Source: Ophelia neglecta
Lineage: Eukaryota
Assembly (NCBI GenBank): GCA_965285935.1
Contig: OZ260662.1
Coordinates: 37,882,001 to 37,946,000 of the forward strand
Direction: 5' to 3'
DNA: 64,000 bases
The notes under the pieces are model-generated. The model ran no database searches and had not been told where the DNA came from. It saw only the letters and a list, made by a program, of their open reading frames with translations. The translations under genes were made by a program, and so were the position numbers. How positions within the stretch are numbered: the stretch's first letter is position 1; every line of letters begins with the position of its first letter. Below are positions 43,201-52,678 of this stretch, in pieces.

Positions 43201-46113
43201 CTGCATAAAAGGCCATTTGGTAATTTCTTCTAGAAGTCGTTTTAGACAATATTTGTTGATTATCTCAAAATTTCAATTCTGCATACTAGTATATGAGATT
43301 TTCATACGACGACGATACACTGCTTGACTGTTGTTCTTGTTCGTGCAAACAAAGCCAACTAAAGAACTAAACAAAATAGTTATATCCTTGCAACTGAAAA
43401 GCTCACGAATAAATAATACCGGTCCGTGTGGCTGTTTCCTGATTGACTGTCTGCCCGTTTTTTTGTAATTGAATTTTTTCCTACTGTATATGACTCTGCG
43501 ATGTGGTAAAAGACATATAGATTTAAATTGTTATCTTGTAAATTGACCATCCTAGTCTTAGAAGATGAATCGTTTATTCGTTGTAGGTTAAATGCGCATA
43601 TTGACCATGTCCTTAAAAAGACTTGACAAATACAAAATAACAAACGAGAAGAACAAAATGAAATTATATTTGTGGCATTACTTTTTAACATCACCAACTC
43701 TTAGAATTCCATCTCCCCTTTGGTAACCCATCTTTCCTTTCAATTTCATGAAAGGCGAGTCCCCTGGAGATTTCAACTTTTTCGTCCATCACGTCAATGC
43801 CTACAGACATATAAAAGTAATTGTTAATTAAACAATTGTTCGTGGATTGCAACATACACATCTTTAATATCTCCTGTAAATGTACTCATTATACCATTAA
43901 GACTTCTTTATCACCAGCGATTTTTTAAAGAAAAGAGAACAGCCATGCAGTCTACAGACACAAACTGAATGATGGTGTATCCGATTTCCATCATACCGCG
44001 TAGAGTGGTAGAGTCTTGTTTACAGCAAACTTCTCTCAAATATTGCTGCATCGCACGATTTATTGTTTTCGAACTTTTTTCAATTTTTTTACGATTCCGT
44101 TTTGTCTGTCGTCTACCCACTGTGGTTTTTACTTCTTCAAAAGATTGGAAGTACTAAATAGAGAGCTTGATCAATAACCCGAAACCTGAAATGTGCAATA
44201 ATTACCTTCTACCTTTTTATATGCTTCAGTATCACTAAAGATACTGGTAATATATCAGTTTAAAGAAGAACCAAGTTATATGACATTCGTTTTGGTTTAT
44301 GATAAATAAAACGGCAATAAAACATCAAAAAGAATGTGTCCCGAGCAAGTGGGAAAAGAGAAAATTGTTCATTTTTGAATAATACAATATCTAAGATTGA
44401 TGACCTATTTTATTTCACATGACTTACAAACACTCTTCATGTTCAACCCTCGATATTAGTGACTTCCTGTCATATTATTACCACCACAGGAGGCCTTGGA
44501 ATCTGTATTAACCTAAACTCAACCAAGACCAAGACAAATAGTTCAATAAAATTGCGGTTGGCCTAGTGCTCTTAGTATTCCATACTTGAGAAGTCCCATA
44601 TGGAGCTAGACAGTTTTATGGTGAAAGCCCCTCATTTTCCAGAGAGATAACTCCGTCGACAATGGTCAATAGAAATAGAGTAATGCTGCCAGATTGTCCT
44701 GGGATTTTCCTCTTGGCTGCCAGGCCAAGCAAAGTAGGGCGAATACATAGATATAATAACCGCTATTGCATTCTGTGATTCAATTTTTGCCTCAATAAAG
44801 ATGGTCTCGATTTTCTGTATAGAAGCTAATGATCGATTGGTAAAGCAGGAATGGTCAGGCCTGATTACATCTGTGTGCTAACCCCCAGAGTAGGAAGGGC
44901 ACTCAGCGCCGCACAGACTGGAACGACTCGGTATTCTATTACACTCAAGACCCCAAAAGTTGAGGCTTTATCGGAAAATGTATCCAAGCATATTTGCGCT
45001 GTTTACACGGTAACGCAGACCGTGCCATTGTCTTATTGCAGGTCGTCATATCACACACTTGTCAGGCTCTTTTTAACATACCTCTCAGGAGAGCTGCTGA
45101 TTCTATATTATCTAAAGTATAAGCCTCAGGGGCTGAACTCAGACCCAATTGCCATTCTCGGGTTTATCGCGTCTAAACGGTAAGGACGATAAAAGAAAAA
45201 GGGCAACAACACCACTCGCGTTCTAGCGACGATAGTAAGTTCGAATAATCTAGAATATATCTTGCATGGATCCAATTTTTTACATTTGAAGACGATAGTA
45301 CGACATACAACTTAGGTAGTACAGGTCCTGTCTGTTATAATAACACGTAGAAAAATGCCAATTATCTAATCTGTCTAAAGCTGGCAATGCAAATAATGTT
45401 ACGCTAAGCCCATCTAAGCAGATGGACTTAGCGTAAATAAAAAAAGGTAACAATAAAGTGACATTTTTTATATCCATGAAATACAAAATGGTAAAGAAAA
45501 TTGATCTGCATCGATCATTGGTGGTATATATAGCAATGCAGGCATTCGTATGTGTTGTATTGTCAAAACACCCAAAGGGGAGTTGTATGAACGAAACATC
45601 AAACACCGCCATAAAATTACTAAAACTATCAGCACTTTTTGCTAATCAAATACGTATTCATTCCATAGAAAATGAAAAGATCATTTTAAATTTCATGAAA
45701 ATCTTTCTAGCAGTCGATAGTTTTTTCGCTTTGCTCAGTAAATATACGAACTGTAAATTTATTCAACATTTATCTCTACTAGATACTGGCCAGACTCCTT
45801 ACAATAAACCTTTTATATAAATTTTAGTTATTGATATAACACAAATTGATTAACAGATTACTTTCAAAATGTTTAAGCAATAATAATAGTAGCATTTATC
45901 AAGTGCTTAGTATCCTCAGTATGCCTAGTTCAAAACCGCCGCTCTCAATAAGATATGACCAAACAATTATGGATACATATAAATCAGTTACTTTATGAAA
46001 AACAGCAATCAAATTTAAAAGAAAGGCCTTATTCAGTTTGAAAACAGGTCCGATTGTAAAACAATAATCACATATATAAAGAAGGCGCATAAAGTTAAGC
46101 ACTATCGGTCTCC

Positions 46114-46530
46114 ATAAGCCACCCTAAACAAATGGGCTTTGAGTTTCTTTTTAAACGATTCAGCAGATCTTACAATAGCCGGTTAGGAATTGCAGAATCT
46201 GGGACCGTATGATCTAAACGTTCGATCATCAGATCTAGATAGTCTTGCTTTTGGTTCATCGAGTACTGTCTTTGACTGAGACCGTAGAGCAAGAGTATGT
46301 TCGTTTCTCTGCAGCAGCTCGGAGATGGCCTGAAATCCATTCTGTGTTTCACTGGGAGAAAGTGTAGGTCATATAAGACCGATGTAATGTGGCCACGTAT
46401 CTTGGTATATGTGACCATTCTAGCAGCGTAGGTTTGAACTTTCTGCAACCGTTTAAGCAAATTGGCAGATATAGCACACAACAGGAAATTACAATTGTCA
46501 ATGCGGAATGTCACAAGTGCATTTACCAAC
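46114..46530 (-). mobile_element. Decayed L2/CR1-group LINE, 3' end of ORF2
   Basis: The minus strand reads VNALVTFRIDNCN...LKRLQKVQTYAARMVT...HITSVLYDLHFLPVKHRMDF, then in another frame GPRFCNS*PAIVRSAESFKKKLKAHLFRVAY. These match L2 ORF2 C-terminal motifs (SRLDYCN, HITPVL..LHWLP, LWNSLP, FK..LKTHLF). Confidence 0.88.
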
Positions 46531-46676
46531 GTGTTTGACCGTGTATTATCCCTGTCTAGATTATTGCAATAGTTTCCCGGCGAGGTATCTATTACCGTAT
46601 TTAAAACGACCGTCAGTATTTCGTAATCGCTTCCTGTTACAGTTTCTGTTAAAAAGGCGGCTTGAAGTTTCAGTTA

Positions 46677-47085
46677 TGCGACGGTTGTGGTTACACAACC
46701 GTGTTTTTCGCAGGGAAACAATAAGCACACATATACAGCATACGTGTTTTCTTAACCATTCTCCTCGTTTCATGTGTCGCGGCTGATTGCACTTCACTGC
46801 GGATGCCGAGGATAGCCTCGACCGCTAACCACACCTGATAGCCCTGAACCAAAAGACACCTGCACCACGTGACACACTCGGCCAATCGCGTGTCAGATCG
46901 CACAGGGAGCCAGTTTCCGGACTATTTTGAACTAAACTATCCTTCTCATCCCGACTTCGACCTGGAAAGACGTCTAGACTTCTCTCTCCGGAAACCTGCC
47001 TTCGATCGACATTTATTCTAATTTACTTACCTTTCGGACCTTTGTTTCAAAATCTATCTTTCGCTTATATCTGATTTTTTCTTTC
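46677..47085 (+). repeat. Split direct repeat A1 (409 bp)
   Basis: Matches 53165-53573 at offset 6488 with no mismatch found by eye. The ORF track gives the same 70-aa antisense ORF in both copies. Confidence 0.97.
46866..46915 (+). promoter_or_regulatory. Candidate Pol II promoter motifs in repeat A (E-box CACGTG 46866, CCAAT 46882, Inr-like CAGTT 46911); duplicated in A2
   Basis: The motifs are seen directly. A promoter role is inferred from their position in the 5' repeat. Confidence 0.35.
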
Positions 47086-47169
47086 TTTCTGGAGAGCCTT
47101 ATTTGTTTGGACAACCTAGATTCACCTCAGTTCAGGTACGTTCATAGTACGCTACTATACCATTTCATA

Positions 47170-47802
47170 ATGGCGAGTACCGGGTTCGTTTTCGGCCACA
47201 GTTTTGTGTCAGGTTTAAACCACCACCTCACTGGGTCTCGGGATGAGTTCAATCCCCAGTCTGTAGCACAGAAACTACGCCTTGATAAGGTCACCAAGAA
47301 TCTTTTCTTGTGTGGCGATCGAGGCGCAAAAGTTTTAGATTCAAATTGGTTACCGCCGGTCCGCCATCTTGAATTTTTCCAACCGGCATTTGCCATATTA
47401 GATATTGGTTCTAATGATCTCGCTTCTGGCGCAGAACCCCTCACTGTAGCTGTTCGGTTAGTAGATTTAGCTAAGGAGCTAAACACGTTGTTTGCCATCA
47501 ATCAGGTCACCATTTGCTCGATTTTACCCAGATCAGCTGGTTTGCCTGCACACTCACCTGAAAGTTTCTTAAACTCTATTTCGGCATGTAACAAACACAT
47601 TTTTCAACTGTGCAGCGTTGAAGCGCATGTACAATTCTGGCCCCATAAAGGTTTTTGGAATCGAGCCATAGATGAATGGTCTCTGGATGGCATTCATCCT
47701 AATTCTGATCTTGGCAGGACTTTATACAAAAAATCCTTGCGAGAAATCATTTTCAAAACTGTGCAGGCACACCACGCTTTCCCCCCCTCACATGAAGCTT
47801 AA
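47170..47802 (+). CDS. SGNH/GDSL-family hydrolase (esterase/lipase-like), element-encoded, about 210 aa
   Basis: Block I FVFGHSFV (catalytic Ser), block II GDRGA, block III DIGSNDL and block V DGIHPN (DxxH) are all present. The likely start is the ATG at 47170 (ataATGG context); the track start at 47107 is TTG. Confidence 0.9.
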   Translation: MASTGFVFGHSFVSGLNHHLTGSRDEFNPQSVAQKLRLDKVTKNLFLCGDRGAKVLDSNWLPPVRHLEFFQPAFAILDIGSNDLASGAEPLTVAVRLVDLAKELNTLFAINQVTICSILPRSAGLPAHSPESFLNSISACNKHIFQLCSVEAHVQFWPHKGFWNRAIDEWSLDGIHPNSDLGRTLYKKSLREIIFKTVQAHHAFPPSHEA

Positions 47803-47941
47803 TCTTAGCAGGCCTACCCCACTGACAACGCGTCGTGGGGAAAGCCCGCTACCCACCTTAACCCCCCCCCCCCCTCTCACACAACCGTCCATGGCCTCCT
47901 GTCTTTACACATAACCTATTTGAATGCACATGTTTCATCTA

Positions 47942-48659
47942 GGAGAGTCGGCTTCGGCCTCCAATTCTTGCTACCATGGGGACCGGCTTCGGCCCCGCGC
48001 TGCCATTGATACCATTTTGTTCTTATTGAACTTACTTGTTGTATTAAATTCCCTTCGAATATATTGACCCCAAACTAATTTTGCTTCCTTCAAAAATTTT
48101 GTTTCACCTGGCTTCTGACTTCCAGACTTTATAACATAAGCCGCCCTTTAAAATTCGAAATTCAATTTATAGCTTTGGGGACCGGCTTCGGCCCCAAGCT
48201 GCAGGTGCTAACCTTCATTTTACTGTTTGCCGGCCACGGCATATGTCACTTATCTCATGTTGGGGACCGGCTTCGGCCCCAACCTGCTTATTACCTTACA
48301 TTTTACAATTTGCCGGCTTCGGCATATGTTGGGACCGGCTTCGGCCCTGCCTGCAGTTGTCAACTTACACTTTACAGTTTGCCGGCTTCGGCATATGTCA
48401 CTTATCTCATGTTGGGGACCGGCTTCGGCCCCAACCTACTGTTGTCACCTTACATTTTACAATTTGCCGGCTTCGGCATATGTTGGGGGACCGGCTTCGG
48501 CCCCTACCTGCAGTTGTAAACTTACATTTTACAGTTTGCCGGCTTCGGCATACGTCACTTACCTCATGTTGGGGACCGGCTTCGGCCCCAACCTGCTGTT
48601 GTTACCTTACATTTTACTATTTGCCGGCTTCGGCATATGTTGGGACCGGCTTCGGCCCC
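47942..48659 (+). repeat. Array of about 15 CCG-GCTT-CGG-type hairpins; tandem units of ~85 and ~70 bp forming ~155-bp higher-order repeats (core 48177-48659)
   Basis: G-type hairpins G(3-5)-A-CCG-GCTT-CGG-C(3-4) at 47978, 48177, 48262, 48331, 48414, 48485, 48571 and 48642. T-type TGCCG-GCTT-CGGCA at 48228 (loop variant), 48311, 48380, 48465, 48537 and 48622. One variant copy at 47942. Confidence 0.95.
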
Positions 48660-48853
48660 ATCATCCCATACTGACCTAAATTTGATCAATTCATTAGTAC
48701 TACTTGGACATTCTCTGATTAACTGTTACTTAACATCCTGTGTCTACTCGACACACCCCTATGTGAAATACTACCCACACGTATTCTAGTTATGGCAGCT
48801 TCGCTGCGCCTTACAATTGTACTATTTTCTGCTGCTCTTTCCTTCTTACAGCC

Positions 48854-50254
48854 ATGCCTAAGGTTACACAAAAATCTTCCCGGCCCTCCGGATCCCTCTC
48901 CATGAAGTTGAAGGCACGAAGGAGATCCATGACCCCCTCCACAACTGAATCACCCCTCAGGAAAACCCGCACAAGACCCATATCAAAACCAGCACTTCCA
49001 ACCCAAAGACAGCAGCCGCTAAGAAAAAGAAGATTGCCAGCACGACTGGTGAATTCCTTTGAAACCCCTTCACTGTTAAGCGAGTCTGACCCACAGCCAA
49101 GCACTTCCACACAACCAGATCAACAACCAGCAGACATCACCCTACACACCATGGCAAATATGCAGCAAAGCATCATTGCTGGCCAACAACTTCTCAGTAG
49201 GCAGATGGAAACACTGATAGCTGTCCTAACCGCAAAACACAGGGAACCAGATACCCCTCAGCAGATCCTCCAAACAGAAAACCTCCAAGCGGGCAGCCCC
49301 GAATCCCCTCAAAATCTAGACACTGTCATTGATGCTCATGCTGCAACCTTAGATCAACAACATCCTTGCCTACCCCAGCCTGATCCTTACCAGACAGCTT
49401 ACCATCCGCAATCACAGCCAGGCTTCATGCAGCAGCCCCAGCCACCGGTCATGCCACCATCACAGCCCACTGACACCAGTCAGAATCAACACTCAGGAAA
49501 TTTCAACGGTGAGTTTCTAAATGTTCCCATAGTCGTTAACAACCAGCGTCCATCCACTTCATCTGGACTCCCTCTTGGAGCATGTGTGGACATGCAGATT
49601 AAGCAAAAAATTTGGGCCCATAAATATGTTGATCTTGCAGATATTCTCTATCCAAATCAGTCTCAATCTTACTCACTCCAATTCTCCGACCCAAGTTCTA
49701 CCCCCCAACTTAACCTCAATCCTCGTAGGAAAAAGCAGCTCACAGAAAATGAATGGAGTTCTGCAATGGACATTTATGTAGCTATATATGTGCAAAAATA
49801 CCCTTCCCACCTCAGTGACCTGCTTACATACTGCCATCACATCAAGCAGTTGATGCGTCGCGGAGCTGAATGGCGATATTATGATCATGAGTTTCGCACC
49901 CAGAGAGAGCACGCAGAAGTGCCATATTCTTGGGCAACTGTGCGACAAGACTTACAGCTAGATGCATATTTCCCCCTCCAACAATCCTCTCGGCCGCCAA
50001 ATTCTTTTCGTGCCCACCAAGAAAATCAAAAGGTCCCATCTGGCTATTGTTTCACCTTCCACCAAAGGGGGGTGCGATGCTTCAACAACCCATGCCCATA
50101 CAAGCACGAATGCCCTAGGTGCTCCAAACGCCACCCCATGTATTCCCAGTGTAGCTCTTTCACACTCACACGCCCTCAACAACCTCAGACCGCCCCCAAA
50201 CTCAAAGTTGCCAACCCCAGTACAATTAGGCGCCCTGGCCAAATATCTAAGTGA
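48854..50254 (+). CDS. gag: Gag-like ORF1 (466 aa) of the YR retrotransposon
   Basis: Basic and Q/P-rich N-terminal half. DIRS/Ngaro Gag-like core (IKQKIWAHKYVDLADIL...W...WRYYDHEFR...W) and a C-terminal Cys/His zinc-finger region CFTFHQRGVRCFNNPCPYKHECPRCSKRH. Confidence 0.9.
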   Translation: MPKVTQKSSRPSGSLSMKLKARRRSMTPSTTESPLRKTRTRPISKPALPTQRQQPLRKRRLPARLVNSFETPSLLSESDPQPSTSTQPDQQPADITLHTMANMQQSIIAGQQLLSRQMETLIAVLTAKHREPDTPQQILQTENLQAGSPESPQNLDTVIDAHAATLDQQHPCLPQPDPYQTAYHPQSQPGFMQQPQPPVMPPSQPTDTSQNQHSGNFNGEFLNVPIVVNNQRPSTSSGLPLGACVDMQIKQKIWAHKYVDLADILYPNQSQSYSLQFSDPSSTPQLNLNPRRKKQLTENEWSSAMDIYVAIYVQKYPSHLSDLLTYCHHIKQLMRRGAEWRYYDHEFRTQREHAEVPYSWATVRQDLQLDAYFPLQQSSRPPNSFRAHQENQKVPSGYCFTFHQRGVRCFNNPCPYKHECPRCSKRHPMYSQCSSFTLTRPQQPQTAPKLKVANPSTIRRPGQISK

Positions 50255-51782
50255 ATACGAACACGGAAAATACCTTCTTGATGGATTCAAATATGGTTTT
50301 GACATTAAATTTTCTGGCCCGGAAACCCCAACCCGATCAAAAAACTCTCAATCTGTATTAAAAAACCCTGAAATAGTACAAAGAAAGATAGAAAAAGAAA
50401 TAGCCCTTGGCAGAATTGCTGGCCCTTTTAAAAATCCACCCTTCCCCAATTTCAAATGTTCTCCATTAGCACTGAGAGAAAAACAATCTCCAGGCACATT
50501 TAGGCTCCTGCATAACCTGTCCTTTCCATATGATGAAACCTCTGTCAATAACAACATCCCTAGCGACTCCACGTCGGTTCAGTATGAAAGTATTAAAAAT
50601 GCAATATCACTCATTCAGCAGTGTTCACCAGGGGCCTTCATGGCAAAAAGTGACATAGCAGATGCTTTTCGGCTCATACCTATAAACCCTAAACAATATC
50701 ACCTAATGGGATTCCAATTTAAAGGGGAGTTCTATTACGACAAATGTCTGCCTATGGGGTGTGCATCATCTTGTAAAATTTTTGAAACTTTTTCAAATGC
50801 CCTGAAATGGATTTTGGCAAATAAATTTGATGTCCAAAACATTGTCAAAATACTTGACGACTTTCTTTTCGTGTCTCCACAACTCTCGACATGCCATAAG
50901 TACCTAAACATATTCCTAGCCCTATGTAAAGAGATTGGGGTCCCCATTGCCCCTCACAAAACACTAGGACCCTCCACTGCAGTAGTATTCATGGGAATAC
51001 ACCTAGACTCGATACAAATGACTGCTTCCCTTCCACCAGATAAACTAGCACGATATACGCAAGACATAAAAGATACTTTGGCACGCAAGAAATTAACTCT
51101 GAGAGAACTCAAATCATTGATAGGGAAATTACAATTTTCAACTTGCATAGTAACCTCAGGCAAACCATTTTTAAGACGCTTGCACGACCTTACCATTGGC
51201 CTTTCGAAACCGTTTTACTTTCTTCGCATCAGTCGAGGGGCAAGACAGGACCTCCAAACCTGGCTCAACTTCCTACAAAACTATAATGGAAAGTCCCTTA
51301 TGACAAAACCCTCTAACCTTGATTCGACCACAATACATCTCTTTTCCGATTCTTCCAAATTAGGCTTTGGAGCCACTTACAAAAACAATTGGATACAAGG
51401 GAAATGGCCCATCTCCTGGCAAACACTAAACATAGCCGTCCTGGAAATTTACCCCATACTTGCGATTATTGTAACATTTGCTAAACACCTAAGTCACTCA
51501 CACATAACATTCCACTGTGACAACCAAGCCGTTGTCGAAGTGATAAAAAAGCAGAGCTCAAAATGCCCCCGCATCATGGCCATCCTACGCCCACTCGTTC
51601 TTACCCTCCTCTTAAATAACATAACATTGCATCCCGTACATATACCAGGTATTGACAATGTTTTATGCGACAAAATTTCTCGATTCCAGGCGGACAAATA
51701 CACTCTTCTACAATATGGGATGAAGTCATCCCCCGTGTCGATCCCAGAGGAAATCCTTCCTCGCAACTACAACTTGGTTTAA
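49962..51782 (+). CDS. pol: Reverse transcriptase + RNase H (ORF2, 606 aa), overlapping gag and YR
   Basis: RT motifs FRLLHNLS, MAKSDIADAFRLIP, LPMGCASS and ILDDF. RNase H motifs FSDSS, IAVLEIYP, HCDNQAVV and HIPGIDNVLCDKISR. The true start is uncertain because conserved sequence begins near LPTPV (~50210). Confidence 0.96.
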   Translation: MHISPSNNPLGRQILFVPTKKIKRSHLAIVSPSTKGGCDASTTHAHTSTNALGAPNATPCIPSVALSHSHALNNLRPPPNSKLPTPVQLGALAKYLSEYEHGKYLLDGFKYGFDIKFSGPETPTRSKNSQSVLKNPEIVQRKIEKEIALGRIAGPFKNPPFPNFKCSPLALREKQSPGTFRLLHNLSFPYDETSVNNNIPSDSTSVQYESIKNAISLIQQCSPGAFMAKSDIADAFRLIPINPKQYHLMGFQFKGEFYYDKCLPMGCASSCKIFETFSNALKWILANKFDVQNIVKILDDFLFVSPQLSTCHKYLNIFLALCKEIGVPIAPHKTLGPSTAVVFMGIHLDSIQMTASLPPDKLARYTQDIKDTLARKKLTLRELKSLIGKLQFSTCIVTSGKPFLRRLHDLTIGLSKPFYFLRISRGARQDLQTWLNFLQNYNGKSLMTKPSNLDSTTIHLFSDSSKLGFGATYKNNWIQGKWPISWQTLNIAVLEIYPILAIIVTFAKHLSHSHITFHCDNQAVVEVIKKQSSKCPRIMAILRPLVLTLLLNNITLHPVHIPGIDNVLCDKISRFQADKYTLLQYGMKSSPVSIPEEILPRNYNLV

Positions 51783-52678
51783 ACAAACTTTTAAATGCCT
51801 CGATGGCCACAAGCACAAGCCGCGTTTACATTAGGCAATGGCAAGCCCTTTTATCTTTCATTACCCATGAATTACAACTGCCACCCACCCTCCCCGTGTC
51901 AGATTATACCTTAGCTTTATTTGTTACTCACCTCTTCCAACAGGGCCTTCGCCAGTCAACTATTCGAACATATATGTCGGCTATCTCCTTCGTTCACACC
52001 ATTAAAAAATTCCCAGACCCCACTAGTAGTGTTGTTGTTCGAAAAGCAATTGACGGGATCAAATCCCTGGAAAACTACGACTATGATAGCCACCAACTCC
52101 CAATCACAAAGTCAATATTGGAAAGACTTATCGATTCCATCCCTTTCTGCACAATGTCCCCTTATGATAGAACCATGTATAAAGCACTCTTTCTTATTAT
52201 GTACTATGCCTGCATGAGAGCATCCGAAGCTGTCCTGACCCAAACCCCTCAACACATGTTGCAACTTAATCAGGTTCAACCAAAAGGCAAAGACTTTCTC
52301 ATAACTTTTCGGTCTTTTAAACACTCGAAAAATCGCACAGCAACAGTTTTGTTACAAGCCTCAACTGAAAATCTATACTGCCCGTCTTATGCACTTCGTA
52401 ACTACCTCCTAAAAAGAGGACAACAAGACGGTGCGCTGTTCATAAACCAACATAAAATGCCCATTACAAGAAACACCTTTGCCATTTTCCTAAAACAATG
52501 CATGACTATGTCTGGAATTAATCCCGCACAATACAACACACATGGTTTCCGCATAGGCAGAGCCACACAAATGTCCTTACAAAATGAGAACGAACACACA
52601 ATAAAATCTGTCGGCCGATGGAGCAGTGACGCCTTCAAAACTTACATCAGACCCGCACATGTGCCTCTCCCACCCTAG
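51665..52678 (+). CDS. Tyrosine recombinase (ORF3, 337 aa)
   Basis: Catalytic set R (CMRASE), K (FKHSK), HxxR (HGFRIG), W (GRWSS) and Y (KTYIRP). The N-terminal core-binding region reads STIRTYMSAISFVH. Confidence 0.96.
   Translation: MRQNFSIPGGQIHSSTIWDEVIPRVDPRGNPSSQLQLGLNKLLNASMATSTSRVYIRQWQALLSFITHELQLPPTLPVSDYTLALFVTHLFQQGLRQSTIRTYMSAISFVHTIKKFPDPTSSVVVRKAIDGIKSLENYDYDSHQLPITKSILERLIDSIPFCTMSPYDRTMYKALFLIMYYACMRASEAVLTQTPQHMLQLNQVQPKGKDFLITFRSFKHSKNRTATVLLQASTENLYCPSYALRNYLLKRGQQDGALFINQHKMPITRNTFAIFLKQCMTMSGINPAQYNTHGFRIGRATQMSLQNENEHTIKSVGRWSSDAFKTYIRPAHVPLPP

Noticed and set aside
813-46000. Dozens of 60-120 aa ORFs in the track, and likewise 54000-64000
   Set aside because: Many have non-ATG starts and none shows a recognisable domain or consistent exon chain. 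They are compatible with chance ORFs in non-coding DNA.
47942-48659. CRISPR-like reading of the hairpin repeat/spacer array
   Set aside because: The spacers are homologous to each other rather than unique, there are no cas genes, and the context is eukaryotic.
48175-48679. Three overlapping 114-150 aa ORFs as real CDSs
   Set aside because: They are translations of a tandem repeat with no recognisable domain; kept only as a low-interest finding.
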